A stretch of 64,000 nucleotides of DNA, from NCBI RefSeq assembly GCF_018977255.1, contig NW_024704743.1, positions 72,480,001-72,544,000 of the forward strand, given 5' to 3'. Position 1 is the first letter of the stretch; each line of letters begins with the position of its first letter. The position numbers and the translations under genes are program-made. Under the pieces are notes generated by a model. The model was not told the origin of the DNA. It searched no databases and worked only from the letters and a program-made list of their open reading frames with translations. Shown piece after piece: positions 36,913-49,899 of the stretch. Source of the stretch: Callorhinchus milii (lineage: Eukaryota).

Positions 36913-36992
36913 CAGGGTTGCAATCCAGGATCTTGGGATTCTCGGAATTCCTTATTGAATAGTGTTCCCGAATTCCCCGGATTGCAACCCCT
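36913..36992. mobile_element. About 80-bp MITE-like element with hAT-style ends
   Basis: gggttgcaatcc ... ggattgcaaccc, 12-bp perfect inverted ends; no clear TSD. Confidence 0.45.
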
Positions 36993-37084
36993 TGAATTAT
37001 CACGGGCCTACACTGCATGCTCCAGAACTGAAAGTCATATATGGAAGCACAGCTTTACAGGGTGAGATATGTACAATTCAATGT

Positions 37085-37400
37085 ACTGTAGCTCAGTGGT
37101 TAGAGCACTCGCCTCTCAAGCGAGAGACTTGGGTTCGATTCCCGGCAGAGTGAAACCTTGGGCAAGTTTCCTTACTCCACACACCTAATAATAATCCCTC
37201 AAGAAAAAAAATAATAAATTGGTCACTTCAATCCACGACTATTTGTGGGACACTGCTGTGCGCAATTTGGCTGCCACGTTCCGCCCACAAATATATAGTC
37301 AATTCACTTTACAGTATATTCTGTGAAGCGCTTTGAGACGTTTAGAAGATGTGAAAAGTGCTATATCAAATGCAAGGATTATTATCATTATTATTATTAT
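37085..37400 (+). mobile_element. tRNA SINE, short body with older tail
   Basis: A and B boxes; tail gagacgtttagaagatgtgaaa. Confidence 0.92.
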
Positions 37401-38096
37401 AATTATTGCTAGTAATAACTGATACTGAACGTTGGATTTCTCAATATTTAAAAAAAATTATTTCAATTAAATTTCAAGGACACTAAAGGACATGCATTCA
37501 TCATACCACATAACAACTTAGGCAAACACATGGGAATGAAACAGTAACTCAAAGAAAACGCAAAATATCTTTATAACTTGTTTGTCTAAGGAAGTATCTC
37601 TTGCAGCATAAATGTGGAAGACTTCAGTTTACTTAATACTTCAATGCTTTAGTTTACTGCTGCAGTGGTCAGGCATGCAGCTCTACAAATAATGTGAAAT
37701 AATGTTACCCAATGATCTACTAAATCATCATATATACATTTCAAACAAAAGAAACATATTGTCTGAAACTTTCAGGGAAATCTCTAATGTGCTTTAAAAG
37801 TCCAAGCATGTGGTTATTGAAGTTTTAAAAATAAATGAGCCTGGGAGCACCGAACATTCCTTAAGCAATCCTCCCGTGGCATCTAAAGCATAGCTTAAAC
37901 CTAGTTGCATCTGTATAGATTTTATTTCTAATATAGCAGTCGGAGTTTCTGATTACATTCATGCATTCTTCATCATGAGTTTCCTGATAATAATAAATCC
38001 TGGCATTTGATGAAGTTCTTTTCATATCAGGGGAACAACCCAAAGCACTTCACAGGATTTACTGTAAATGTTCACTGTGCTTGGCTTACATCTTCG

Positions 38097-38427
38097 TGGA
38101 GTCCTGTAGCTCAGTGGTTAGAGCACTCGCTTTGCAAGTGAGAGACCTGAGTTCAATTCCAGGCAGAGGGCGAAACCTTGTGCAAGTTTCCTTACTCCAC
38201 ACAGAGCCTAATAATAATCCCTCCAAAACCAAAAACAATAATAAATTGGTCATTTTCAATCTACGACTGTTTGTGGGACATTGCTGTGCGCCATTGGCTG
38301 CTGCATTCGCCCTCAAATATACAGTCAATTCACTTTCCAGTGTGTTCTGTGAAGCACTTTGGGACGTCCTCTCGACGTGAAAAGCGCTATATCAAATGCA
38401 AGGATTATTATTATTATTATTATTATA
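38097..38427 (+). mobile_element. Young tRNA SINE, full length
   Basis: As 10392-10710. Confidence 0.94.
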
Positions 38428-38984
38428 AATGTAGCGACAGTGTTTTTGTAGGTGAAAGTGACTGTGGTGGCTGCAGCATGATAAGATTCTTCAGGATCAT
38501 GCCTGTTGAAGGTGCATTGTCTCTGGACATTGCTAAAAGCTCTTTACTTGCATATCACGATGCATCTACTGCAGTTTCCCTCCCCCGCTGAGGTACCCAG
38601 CCAGCTATGTTGAGCACTTTGCTCCCAACCTGAATAAATGTACATTCTATTGTATAGTGTGATGGGATAAATTAGTCATAGCCTGTGCAAAGGACAGACT
38701 TGAAAAGATTACTCTTTATTTGTTCGACGCTTTCTTACTTTCTTCCTAATTATAGATTTGGACAATCTACCAAATTTTCAAGTGTTCACATATTACCACT
38801 ACATTAAACTTTCAATTTATGCCCAGGACTATCCTGAGCAATTGTCAGGTGGTAACCAGATTTTAGGATCCAATTTAAATGAATTTTCAAAGGATTACTT
38901 TGTCTTACAAACTTTAAGCCCAACAGAGTTTCTTGAAGGAATGCAAGTCCCTGAATGAATCACATACATCCTGGAAAATAAAAA

Positions 38985-39720
38985 CCTAAATGGGGTAGAG
39001 GAGCAGAGGAACCTAGGGGTACACATACACAATTCACTAAAAGTAGCAACCCAGGTTAATAAGGCAATAAAAAAGCAAACCAGGCATTGGGTTTAATTTG
39101 TAGAGGGATAGAAATGAAAAGCAGGGCAGTTATGGTAAACTTCTATTGAACCTTGGTTAGACCACATTTAGAATACTGTGTGCAGTGTAATCCACATTAT
39201 AGAAGGGATGTAGAGGCACTGGAGAGAGTGCAAAGGAGATTCACAAGGATGATCCCAGAACTGAGAGGTTATACCTATCAGGAAAGGCTGAACATGCTTG
39301 GATGCTTTTCTCTTGAAAAGAGGAGGGCAAGAGGTGACCTGATAGAGGTCTTTAAAATTATGAAAGGTTTTGATAGGGTAGACATAAGGAAGATGTTTCC
39401 ACTTGTGGGGGAGACCTAAACCAGGGGCCATCAATATAAAATAGTCACAGGTAGATCCAATAGGGAAGTTAGAAGAAATTTCTTCACACAGAGAGTAGTG
39501 GGAATGCGGAACATGCCACCACAAGGAGTTGTTGAGGCAAATAGCATAGATGTATTTAAAGGGAAGCTAGATAGGTACATGAGAGAGAAAGGAATAGAAG
39601 GTTATGTTTGAAGGCTTAGTTGAGGAAGGACAAAAGGAGGTTCATGTGGAGCATAAACACCGGCATAGACCAGTTGGGCCAAATGGCCTGTTTCTGTTCT
39701 GTATATTCTAATGTATTCTA
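38985..39720 (+). mobile_element. CR1 LINE 3' fragment
   Basis: VRPHLEYCVQ, LERVQRRFTRMIP, RGDLIEVFKIMKGFD; (attcta)-type tail. Confidence 0.94.
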
Positions 39721-39794
39721 ATCCAAGTCCTTTCCTTCACAAGAGGCACACGTCACCCTGAACAGCTTCCTGTTTAGTCCTAATGCTAATAGAC

Positions 39795-40805
39795 TACAAC
39801 AACAACAAATTTACATTTGTAAAGCGCCTTTCACGTCAGGAGGACATCCCAAGTCACCAGACAGACAGAGTTTTGGACCAGAGCTGGGAGGTGGGGGAGG
39901 GGAGAGTGGAGGGCAGGGGAGAAGCAGGGAGATCGAAAGCACAGTCGAAGAGGAGGGTCTTGAGATGGGTCTTGAAGTTGGCGAGGCAGGGGGTGAGGCG
40001 GAGGGACCATGGGATGGAGTTCCAGAGGGTGGGGGCAGAGTGGCAGAAGGCCCACCCACCAATAGTGGGGCAAGTGAGACGGGGGACATGAAGCAGGCCG
40101 GAGCCTGCTGAACGAAGGGAGCGAGCCGGATGGTAGGGGGTTAGGATGTGCAGAGGTAGGGGGGAGCAAGACCGTGGAGGGCTTTGAAGTTGAGGACCAG
40201 TATCTTGAACTGTAGCCTCTATGTGATGGGAAGCCAGTGGAGTTGGGCGAGGATGGGGGTGATAAGGTCGTGGAGCCTAATGCGGGAGAGGACACGAGCT
40301 GCAGAAATCTGGATGATCTGTAGCCTATGGAGGGAGGAGTCGGGGAAGCCAACAAGCAATGAGTTTGCATAGTCGAACCTCAATATAATGAAGGCATGTA
40401 TGAGGGTTTTGGTGTCCTGCGGTGTGAGACAATGGCAGAGCCGGGCGATGTTGCGGAGGTGAGGGAAGGCAGAGAAGGTCATGGCACAGATGTGGGGTAG
40501 AAAGAATAGTTGAGTGTCAAACAAGACCCCAAGGTCCCGGACTGGCTTAGTAAGGTGGAGTGTGCATCCATGGATGGTGATGCTGTCAGCGCCTGAGGTG
40601 AGGAGGTGCTGACAGGAGCCAATCAGGAGAGCCTCGGTCTTGTTGACGTTCAACTGAAGAAAGTTAGCTCTCATCCAATGCTTGATGTCTGACAGACATT
40701 CTGTCAGGGCAGCAGTGGTCCTGGAGTCAAGGGTGGAGGCAGAGCTGTATAGTTGGGTGTTATCCGCATACATGTGGAAGTTGACCCCATGTCTGCGGAT
40801 GATGT
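39795..40805 (-). mobile_element. L2 LINE from YADD region to 3' end
   Basis: YADNTQLY, WMRANFLQLNVNKTE, LHWLPIT; (aac)n tail. Confidence 0.95.
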
Positions 40806-41399
40806 AAATGTAAGCAGCCCGTTTGACTCAGCTCATGAAAGCAGGTCCAGATGGCTCCAGTTTCACATTAACAAGCCTCAAGCGAGACTATGGATTAGAA
40901 GAAATGTTTCTTCCCAGAGTAATGGATAGGTGGAACAGACTCCCAGCAGTTGTGACTGCTTTGATTAACTCCTCTCCAAAGAACTGTGTAAGTCCCGTCT
41001 GCCTGCTACAGCTGGATGTTAAAGAATCCATGACACTATTTGAAAAGAAAAGGGAGTTTCCTCCAGAGTCTTGGCCAATAATCAGTTCATGACTCTTTGT
41101 AGGACTTTACTTGCACAATTTGTCAGAAATTACAATGGAGTGTAAAATGTGATATTTCATAACAGATTCAGTAAGACATTTTATAATTATCTAATAGTTT
41201 TGGAAAATCTTTTTTTATCCTTGAGACTAAACTTGAAGAATTTTATCCATAATGTTAATAATAATGGTAATCAAATGCAAGGATTATTATTATTGAATGT
41301 TCCACATTCAGCACTTAGCAAGTTAAATGAAGCATACACCAATAATTTAAAGCAGTGCAATCCAAATTAGTTTTGCTGCATAATTTTCTATAGTATTTA

Positions 41400-41700
41400 G
41401 GGTTCTATGATGGTGAGCAGTGTTGTATAGAAAAATACATCACTTGAGTGGTGTTATGACCTAGTGGTGGTCATAATTTATAAGGTCAAGGTCGTCACTT
41501 GTTGATGGATTTTACCATACACCACTGCTCCCTTGTCAGCCATTCATACACACGATGAAGTATTGCAGTGGAATTTATTTTGGAGGCAAACAATATATTG
41601 TTTGTGTCATGCATTGTACTTGTGGAAAGATCAGAGTACAATCGCCATTTTTTTTCCCTTAAAAGTATACGTTTTGCCCACACTTCCTCTTCATGAGTGG
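41400..41700 (-). pseudogene. hAT relic, catalytic-domain insertion region
   Basis: WLTREQWCMVKSINK*RP*PYK (cf. LT.EEW......L.PF); downstream on the same strand SFKLDPKIW (about 38.86 kb) and HW..SIEVLSKLKSS (about 37.6 kb). Confidence 0.45.
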
Positions 41701-42039
41701 TGAGGATCCAGATGGATGAATGTGCCGTGAGGTGGGAAAGGGGCTTAGGCTACAACTCGACTGTTGATCTCTGCATATCAAAAACACAAGTCACTTGAAC
41801 AGAACTGGCTCCAAGCTGACATGCTTCACAATGAAATGTTGTCATCAAGTGGACAATGGTGGGCTTAGTTGTCCAGTTCCTGAGCCAGGCAGGTAATCCT
41901 CAGTATAGCTGATGACAAACCAGCCAGCTTGGTTTATTGGCAATGCTCGGAGATGCTATCCTGTAAGAAGAGTGCTATATAAATGCAAGTTGTTCTTGTT
42001 GGTTGTCATTGGCAAGCTATGCAGTTTTAGTTGTTGAAT

Positions 42040-42210
42040 GCCAGCAGGACCCCAACCCACACTCTGGGTTTCCTATGCCTTGGCTCTTGCCAACCTGCAC
42101 CTAATGCTTTCCTGAATTAGGTAAACAGGATGCTTTCCTCCAGGGAGAGAATGCGCATTCAATTCCAGACATATGGCAATATGTAGATGCCGTAAATACC
42201 TAGAACTTTC
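42040..42210 (+). repeat. Unclassified interspersed repeat
   Basis: cacactctg...gccttggctcttgccaacctgcacct shared with 51045-51250. Confidence 0.65.
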
Positions 42211-42510
42211 AGTCCAGTTTGTAGGCAAATGTGGCAGTGCAATTGTGCAAAACAATGTCCGACAGACAGCCATAAAACATTTAATTGGGGAGTATTTCAC
42301 CTGGAAATACTCTATTCTCTTTTGAATACTGCCAAGGGATCTTTAATATCTACCTAAACAGACAGACAGGATCTCAGCTTAATGTCTCATCTGAAGGACA
42401 GCACTTCTGACAATGCAACACATCCCAACACTGCATTGGAGTTTCAGCCAAGTTCTGATATGGACAACCTTCTGATTCAGAGGCGAGAGTGTGACCACTG
42501 CACCAGGCTG
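42210..42510 (-). mobile_element. Older Deu-domain SINE
   Basis: taatgtctcatctgaaggacagcacttctgacaatgca...aaccttctgattcagaggcgagagt. Confidence 0.82.
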
Positions 42511-43744
42511 ACAAACAGTGCGCGTGCAGCATGTTGCTGTTGGGACTGCCGAGGTTTATCCCCCATCCTGTGTTTTTTGAACTGTGTGTTTGCATGTGTT
42601 TGTGTCCGTGTGCGTCAGTATCTGATTGACTTGGGCGGTCCGTGGTTACAATATTTTTCAATTGTTTTGTTTTGAGCAGGACTAATAATTCTTAGCTGCT
42701 CTTCAATTAAATAAAATGAAAGCAAAAACCAAAGACTGAATGGATTTGTTTTAAATTGGTCTCACTCGCAAAACACAGATGACAATGAACCCTAAGCACC
42801 ATTAGTCATGTAAATTCTAGACCAGTTAATCCTGTTCTCACAGGTAGTAGCAGCTGCTTGACTGCCTATGTAAAATATAAAATAGAGCTCCTGCTGACCC
42901 TTTCCTGTGAATCAGGCAATTTTTGTTTCTTTATGAAGGTGATTGCTACTAAAAATATATATAAATATATAAACTCCTAAAGGGACAGATCTTTTGCACT
43001 TGGCCTGTGGTCTAGATATTACCTGGAGACTTCTGAATCAAGGAAAATGTAATGCTTGCTGGAAGCTGCTGGGAACTAGTCAGAGAAAGTAAGGGAAATG
43101 TCAGAGTGTGATTCATCTTGTTTTGCTGCCCCACCTTTGGGGATCAAGAGAAGCTTTGCAAGAGGCTCAAATCAGGCACCTTCTTGGATGAGGAAAGAAG
43201 CAAGCAACAGTGCATGGAGACCTTATGGTAGGGGGGAGGGGAGATCTTAAATTATTTGCACATTTATTTATCCTTTATTATTTATCCTTCCAAGTTTGGG
43301 CTCATGAGTTTCCTTTTGTGATTCTTAAGGATAATGCATCTTGATATTAAGTACTGGAGAGAGGGAAATTGTGCTATGCAGTGTATATTGACTGCTGCAC
43401 CCAACACTGAGTCAGACTTGGCAGCAAAATTCTAAACCCCAAACATGCTTTTATGGGGGTTGCTCATTGAGGTCATGCTACAATAATACTTAACAAAGAG
43501 AATATTTTGATTTGACTTTTCTTCTGTGCCTCAAAAAGGAATACTTTACAAATATACCCAGTGTTTTTACATTCTTGGAAATATACTTTAAACTAATAAA
43601 TTCACACTGATATTCTGCTTGACTTTTTAAGACTTTTTTATTTTGATATTGAAATATATTTTGAAAAGTTGTTTAAAAAACATTTTACTTCAAATTCCAT
43701 GTCCGGGGAATGGAGAAGAGTAACTCTTCACCACCAGCCTTTAT

Positions 43745-44066
43745 TTTAACGTCTTCTAGACATCTCAAAATGCTTCACAGAATATACTGTAAAGTGAATT
43801 GACTGTATATTTACAGCAGCCAGTTGCGCAAAGCAGTGTCCCACAAACAGTCATGGATTGAAGTGACCAACGTATTTTTTTAAGGAATTATTACCCCCGG
43901 AAAAGCGATCCACCAATCGAATAACAACCGGGTTCCTACTTACTGCTAGATAAAGAGAGGCGTGTGGAGTAAGGAAACTTGCCCAAACATTTCGCCTGGC
44001 TGGGAATCACACTCAGGTCTCTCGCTTGCGAGGCGAGTGCTCTAACCACTGAGCTCCAAGAATCCA
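43745..44066 (-). mobile_element. tRNA SINE, long form
   Basis: Head, long segment, centre and older tail. Confidence 0.9.
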
Positions 44067-44227
44067 CTTTAATTAAGATATGTGACATGATTTGGAGAAT
44101 AAACAAGAATGTTAATCGATAAGGAAACTCACTGAACTAGTGTGTAACCTTGGCATACAGTGTGATCCTCAGCTCTCCTTTCTCTCTCATCCCTGACTAA
44201 GACTTTTCTTTACCTTTACCACATTGG

Positions 44228-44512
44228 TAGGTAGGATACAGAGGGTAGGGTAGATACAGAGCCTGGGGTGGCAGGGTAGATAGAGGGTGGGATAGCAGGG
44301 GAGATACAGAGTGTAGGATGGCAGGGGAGAAACAGAGGGTGGGGTGGCAGGGGAGATACAGAGGGTCGGGTAGCAGGGGAGACACAGAGGGTAGGATGGC
44401 AGGGGAGATACAGAGGGTATGGTGGCAGGGAAGACACAGAGGGTGGGGTGGCAGAGAGGATACAGAGGTTGGGGTGCCAGAGGAGATCCAGAGGGATAGG
44501 ATGACAGCAGAG
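44228..44512. repeat. G-rich minisatellite, about 26-bp unit, about 11 copies
   Basis: Consensus close to ggcaggggagatacagagggtggggt. Confidence 0.92.
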
Positions 44513-44871
44513 CAAGCTTTTTAAACTGCTTGAACCACGTGTTGCAGAGACTGACAGTGTCCTGGTGCGTCTCCTTGTACTACTCTGTAAATGTCCCATT
44601 TCACTATGCTAATTATGCTATCCCATGTCAAATGCATCACCTTGGCACCTGCATGTAGCTGCAAATGGCATTATCCAAAAGTATGACTCTTGCCTTACAT
44701 ACCCTACATCTCCTGTTCAATGACTTACAGCTATTCAAGTGATGGAATGATTGGTAGCAGACCACAAGCACTTTATTTATGTGTTACTCATTAGATGTAA
44801 GCTGTCCCTCCCACTGAAATCAGTGTGGTGATTGTTTGCCACCTATGTGGTCACATAAGCAAGGAATCGCT

Positions 44872-44971
44872 AACAAAAGCAGAAGTCGCTGGGAACACTC
44901 AGCAGGTCAGGCAGCATCTATGGAGAAAGGAAAGTGAGTCAACGTTTCAGGTCCACGACCCTTCGTCAGAA
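44872..44971 (-). mobile_element. Penelope-like element end with a minimal hammerhead ribozyme core
   Basis: Minus strand reads ctgacga-a-gggtc-gtg-gacct-gaaa-cgtt-gactc, then ctccatagatgctgcctgacctgctgagt. Confidence 0.75.
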
Positions 44972-45109
44972 TGAATCCTTCAAAGGAATCTCTATTACAC
45001 TCAGCACATCAGGATCTACTGTAATGTGCCCATTTGCTGCAGTTAACAACTTCATGATTCTGTTACAAAGTGTGAGAATGACATTATTTGGTGTAATGGT
45101 ACCTTACTT

Positions 45110-45570
45110 AATAATATTAAACCATACATTTGATATAGTTCCTTATCACAAGAGATCTCAAAGACTTCACAGGATTTTACTGTGAAGTTTCTGACTGTAT
45201 TTGTAGGCAAACAGGGAAGCCAATTTATGCACAGCGATGTCTCACAACTACAACAACAAAATTACATTTGTAAAGTGCTTTTCACGTCGGGAGGACGTCA
45301 CAAGGCGCTGGACAGAGTTACGAACCCGAGATGGGGGTCGGGGTCGGGGAGGCTTACAACTAACTCTGAAGTGAGTGACCAATTTTATTTGGGGGATTGT
45401 TGGTCAGCACACTGGTAGAACCTCCTTACTCTTTTCGAATAGTGCCATGGGATCTGTAGCGTCCATCTGAACAGGTGGACAGGACCTCGGTTTGTCTCAT
45501 CTGGAGGGCGGCACCTCCAAAATACAGTGTTCCTCCAGCACTGCATTGGAGTGTCAGCCAAGACTATGAG
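45110..45570 (-). mobile_element. Older Deu-domain SINE with a nested L2 tail (about 45245-45352)
   Basis: SINE centre interrupted by caacaacaaaattacatttgt...cacgtcgggaggacgtc. Confidence 0.8.
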
Positions 45571-47089
45571 TTTGAATACTTCCAAACAAATATGGAATAC
45601 TGACTCATCCTTCACAGACTTCAGCTCCTCATTCAGAATTGACTGTCAGAATTCAGTTCTGTATAAGGTCCCACACCTTCATTGCTCACAAACCCCACTG
45701 GCTCTCTGCCCCCAATACCTAAATTTCAGCATCTTTGCCATTGTTTTCAAATCCATCCATGACCTCACTGCATTCAGACATTGCAATATTCTCCACCCCA
45801 TCACCCAGACTGTGCAATATTCTCCTACCCACACCCCAATCCAGTTCATATGGGCCACACTCTCTGCTCCACAACTGCAGGCCAAGGCTCTTGCTACTTT
45901 GGTCTGCCCTATGCAACTCTGAAAACCACAATGTCTCTCTACCTCTCTCCCTGCTTTTAAAAATCTCCCTGTGAGCCATGTCTTCCATTGATGCTTTTGG
46001 TCATTTCTAAGTTCCTTCCCTTAGCTCATTTGCAAATGTTCTTCCATGTGCATGAGGGATGTGTGTGGTGGAGAACAATAATAAAATTCTTTACAAAACC
46101 TAGCTTTATGGAAACCAGATAGTTTGCTATTTGGTTTTAAGTTTGAGTATCAGACTGGCTGAGATGGTTGTGGGTTCAAGCTGCAATAAAATACACAGTT
46201 AAAACACTTCACCGTGTTATCCTGTCAAGCCTTTTGAGATGTCTTCCTGACCTGAAAGGCACTGTATCTAATGCAAGGTTTATAATATTTATTTTGATAA
46301 TCGCTGTATAGTTAATATAACTCCATTTTGCAGTCTCTACTTACAGGATGGGAAAGGAAACATTAAAATACGCAGTCCATCCTTCTGTTTCAATCAAAAA
46401 ACAACGAAAATTCAAAATCCACAGACATGCCTGATGACTGAACACAAATTTAATTCAGGGAGGATACTGATTTAATTTATGAATTGGACCTCATTCCTTT
46501 GCACTAAACATATCGGACAATAATTTGCCATAATTTTACTGTCAAATTCTGATACAGAATAACATTTCAAACCTAACTGAGGCAGATTTGAGTCTCTTTT
46601 ATTGCCTTAAATATTTAGTGCCTTATGTTGAGTATTTAATGGACATAGAGTATTTGCCAAGCTGGAGATGACTATTAGCAAAGATTTTTCCTTTTCATAA
46701 CTATCTTCCCATCACAAAAAATTCTGAGTCTGTTACAGAGCTCACAGTTCTCCATTGAAGTACACATTTACATTTAAAAATAACTACACATTGGCAAACA
46801 ATTAAAAAGTGTACTGCTCGTGTGTTTTTTTCTGAAGGTGATAACTATTGTTATTTATAACTTTTAAGCTGAAAGCTTGCAAAAAAAACAAAGGCGCCAT
46901 TCACGGGCTGACGGCATAGGGCAAAACAATTACTAATAATCCTTGATAGTGTCAGTTACAGAAGCACTTTAACCTTGCTCACTCAAAATAAGCTGCAAGT
47001 CAATTTAACTCTCATTCCATCATCTGCTGGCAATAAACGTTTCCTGTCTGACAACCTGAACAGTTCCCTTTGACCTGTCTGCTTGCATT

Positions 47090-47290
47090 CCTTCATTAAT
47101 CACTGGCAGAGGATAAGAGAATGACAACTCCCAACATCTAAACGATTATACACTTGTGGGGGTTTGTTAAGAAGATGTATTTGTTACCCTTCTATCATCT
47201 CTGGGAAACAGTTTTCTACTGAGAGGCACATTTATTGACAGAGCACCAAGCCATTAGAAGCTGAAAACATTGTGTTGTGTTAGTTGACAT
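47090..47290 (+). pseudogene. hAT C-terminal dimerisation domain relic
   Basis: Single frame HWQRIRE*QLP...ICYPSIISGKQFSTERHIY*QSTKPLEAENIV (cf. W.....P.L.....P.S...ER.FS....I....R..L.PENV). Confidence 0.45.
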
Positions 47291-47689
47291 GAAACAGATT
47301 TGCCCTATTCTGACCCAGTGACATCGGTGCATTGGCTTCTAGCATTGCCCCTTTTTGAAGAGAGCTGGAAATAAGAAACCCCTTTTATATAGGTTATTAA
47401 TTATTTATGATCCTAATTTCTGACCCTACTTTCCATTACTGCTAGAGGCAAGCCCCTAATGGGTTATATTCTGCTATGTTCAATATCTTGTATTTTAAGT
47501 TGGGCAGGAGGGGGTATTTGGACATTTACTATAACTGCATGTATGATCACTCATTTGTTCTTCAACAAAACAACAGCTTGAAACTTGAACTGCTGCTCAA
47601 ACCCATATACATCAAAATCCAATCCCTTCAGTGCGAGGCACTGATCAGACATACTTCACATGAATTCAGTATGCTGTCGCCCTACTATT

Positions 47690-48060
47690 GGAGTCCTGTA
47701 GATTCGTGATTAGAGCACTCGCCTCGCAAGTGAGAGGACCTGGGTTTGATTTCTGGGCAAGGCGAAATGTTGGGCAAGTTTCCTTACTCCACACGCCTCT
47801 GTTTACCTAGCAGTAAGTAGGAACCTGGTCGTTAATTGATTGACGGAGCGCTTTTCCGGGGATAATAAATGCTACAAAAAAATAATAATAATATGGTCAC
47901 TCAATCCATAACTGTTTGTGGAACACTGATGTATGCAATTGGTTGTAACATTTCACCCACAAAATGTACAGTCAATTCAATTTACAGTATATTCTGTGAA
48001 GCACTTTGAGACGTCTAGAAGATGTGATAAGATGCTATATCAAATGGAAGGATTATTATT
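47690..48060 (+). mobile_element. tRNA SINE, long form, full length
   Basis: Includes segment ctctgtttacctagcagtaagtaggaacc...cttttccgggg. Confidence 0.9.
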
Positions 48061-48409
48061 AGAAAGGCTGATTTGAGATTAGCAGCAATAACAACAATTT
48101 ACATTTGAATAGCGTCATTCACTGAAAGTAACAAAGGGAATCGTAGACTCCGAACATGAAGTAGTAGTAATTTAGTAATGAAATTTGCAGACTGATTTAA
48201 GAATGATAAGGCCTCTAAATGCTGATTTGTATCTGTAATTTTTTTAATGTTTTCTTTTCTTCTGCTTCTTAATGTTACACCTGGTTTCTCGTGGTGTAGA
48301 GAAAAGAATCATAGAACTTTTCAGTACAGAAGGGCATTCAGTTGATTGTGTCTATGCCTGCACCGAAGGTCCTACTCTCCTTCCTTTTCCCCAAACTTTT
48401 TTATACCCC

Positions 48410-48665
48410 ACCCTATCTTCCCATCCACTCCCTCTGCCCAGCAGGCACTGGCCTGCTTCATGTCCCTTGTCCTACCTGCCCCACCATCTGCTCCCACTCT
48501 CTGGAACGCCATCATAGAGAGCTTTCGACTCATCCCTTCCATCACATCTTTCAAGGTCCACTTCAAGATCTTGTTCTTTGACCATGCTTTCAATCCATCT
48601 TTGCCTTGCTCACTCCCCTCGCCCCCATTCCCTCTCCCGGTTCCCATCCCCAGCTCAGGTGTAAA
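48410..48665 (+). mobile_element. Old L2 3' fragment
   Basis: SAPTLWNAI..FKVHFKILFFDHAF. Confidence 0.78.
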
Positions 48666-48841
48666 CTCTGGACTAGTAATGGATTGAACTATAAATAACA
48701 TTTTAAAGATGTCTCATGTTGCCCATAAACATTTTAGGAAATTGGATACAATGACATTTGTACCAACATATCAGTTCTTATAATCAGGCACAAAATACCC
48801 CTGCTTTCCATTTCATTATAAAAATTGAAATCAAAAACTAA

Positions 48842-49265
48842 AGTCAGCCTGACTCAGTTGGTAGCACTCTTGCCTCTGAGTCAGAAGATTGTGGATTGAA
48901 GACCTACGTTGTGAATTGGAACTCATATAGTGTAAGATAACACTCCAGTGCAGGGTGGTGGTGGGGGTTGGTGGTTGCTGCATGTTAGAGGTGTCATCCT
49001 TCGGATGAGACATAGAATTGAGGTCCCCTTCTGCTTTTTAAGGTGGATATTGACGATCCAATGACACTATTTGAAAAGGGAATGGAATTCCTCTTGGTGA
49101 AGTGGCCATCAATCCCTCAAATAAAATTGGTCATTCACTCCATAGCCGTTTGTGGGATATTGACGGCTGAGTTCACCCACAAAATACACAGTCACTAAAC
49201 TTTAGAGTGTATCCTGTGAAGCATTTTGGAGCATTCTTCTGAGGTGAAAGATACTATACCAAATA
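48842..49265 (+). mobile_element. Older Deu-domain SINE, full length
   Basis: agtcagcctgactcagttggtagcactcttgcctctgagtcagaag...cttcggatgagac...tail. Confidence 0.85.
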
Positions 49266-49899
49266 TAACAATGACTAAAATGCTCCTTGAAAGGTTTTTT
49301 TTTAGAGTTAAATTTGCTTTGTGACATGTTTTTTTCTCTCACTTGTTCCCTTTTAAACAAACCATATTGATTGGCATCACTTTGCAGTGACTGGAACACC
49401 AATTAGAATGACAAATGTGGTTTAAAAACAAGATTCAATGTGATATTTATCATATCTAATTGGTTTTGAAACATTGTGTTTATTACCAAAGCTGAATCAA
49501 AAACAAAATTATTTGCTCTCAAGGATGAAAGCCATTTTCCAATGTGTCATCTGCCATTCATACACTCCTGATAGTTTGTAAGCCTTGGTACAGTTTTCGT
49601 ATGCATAGGTACAAGAAATATGGCAACAATTTAAAATTAGACACAGAGAATTAACGTAAGCTATGGGTAGGCTCTAAATGCTATGTAAATCATTCGTCAT
49701 AGGTCTGCAAGGGTAATGCGGTACTGGCTAATAATCTTTTCCTTATGGCGAGAGATTTAGAGCCTGGTACTGGAATATCATTGAGAGTAAAAGGTACCAC
49801 ATGCAGCAGAGTAAGCATACCTGAGTTGCAAGGAATCTCAGTGTCCAATTACAATTCACTGACTGGTACTTGATCAGCATGAATAATATTTCCATTATG

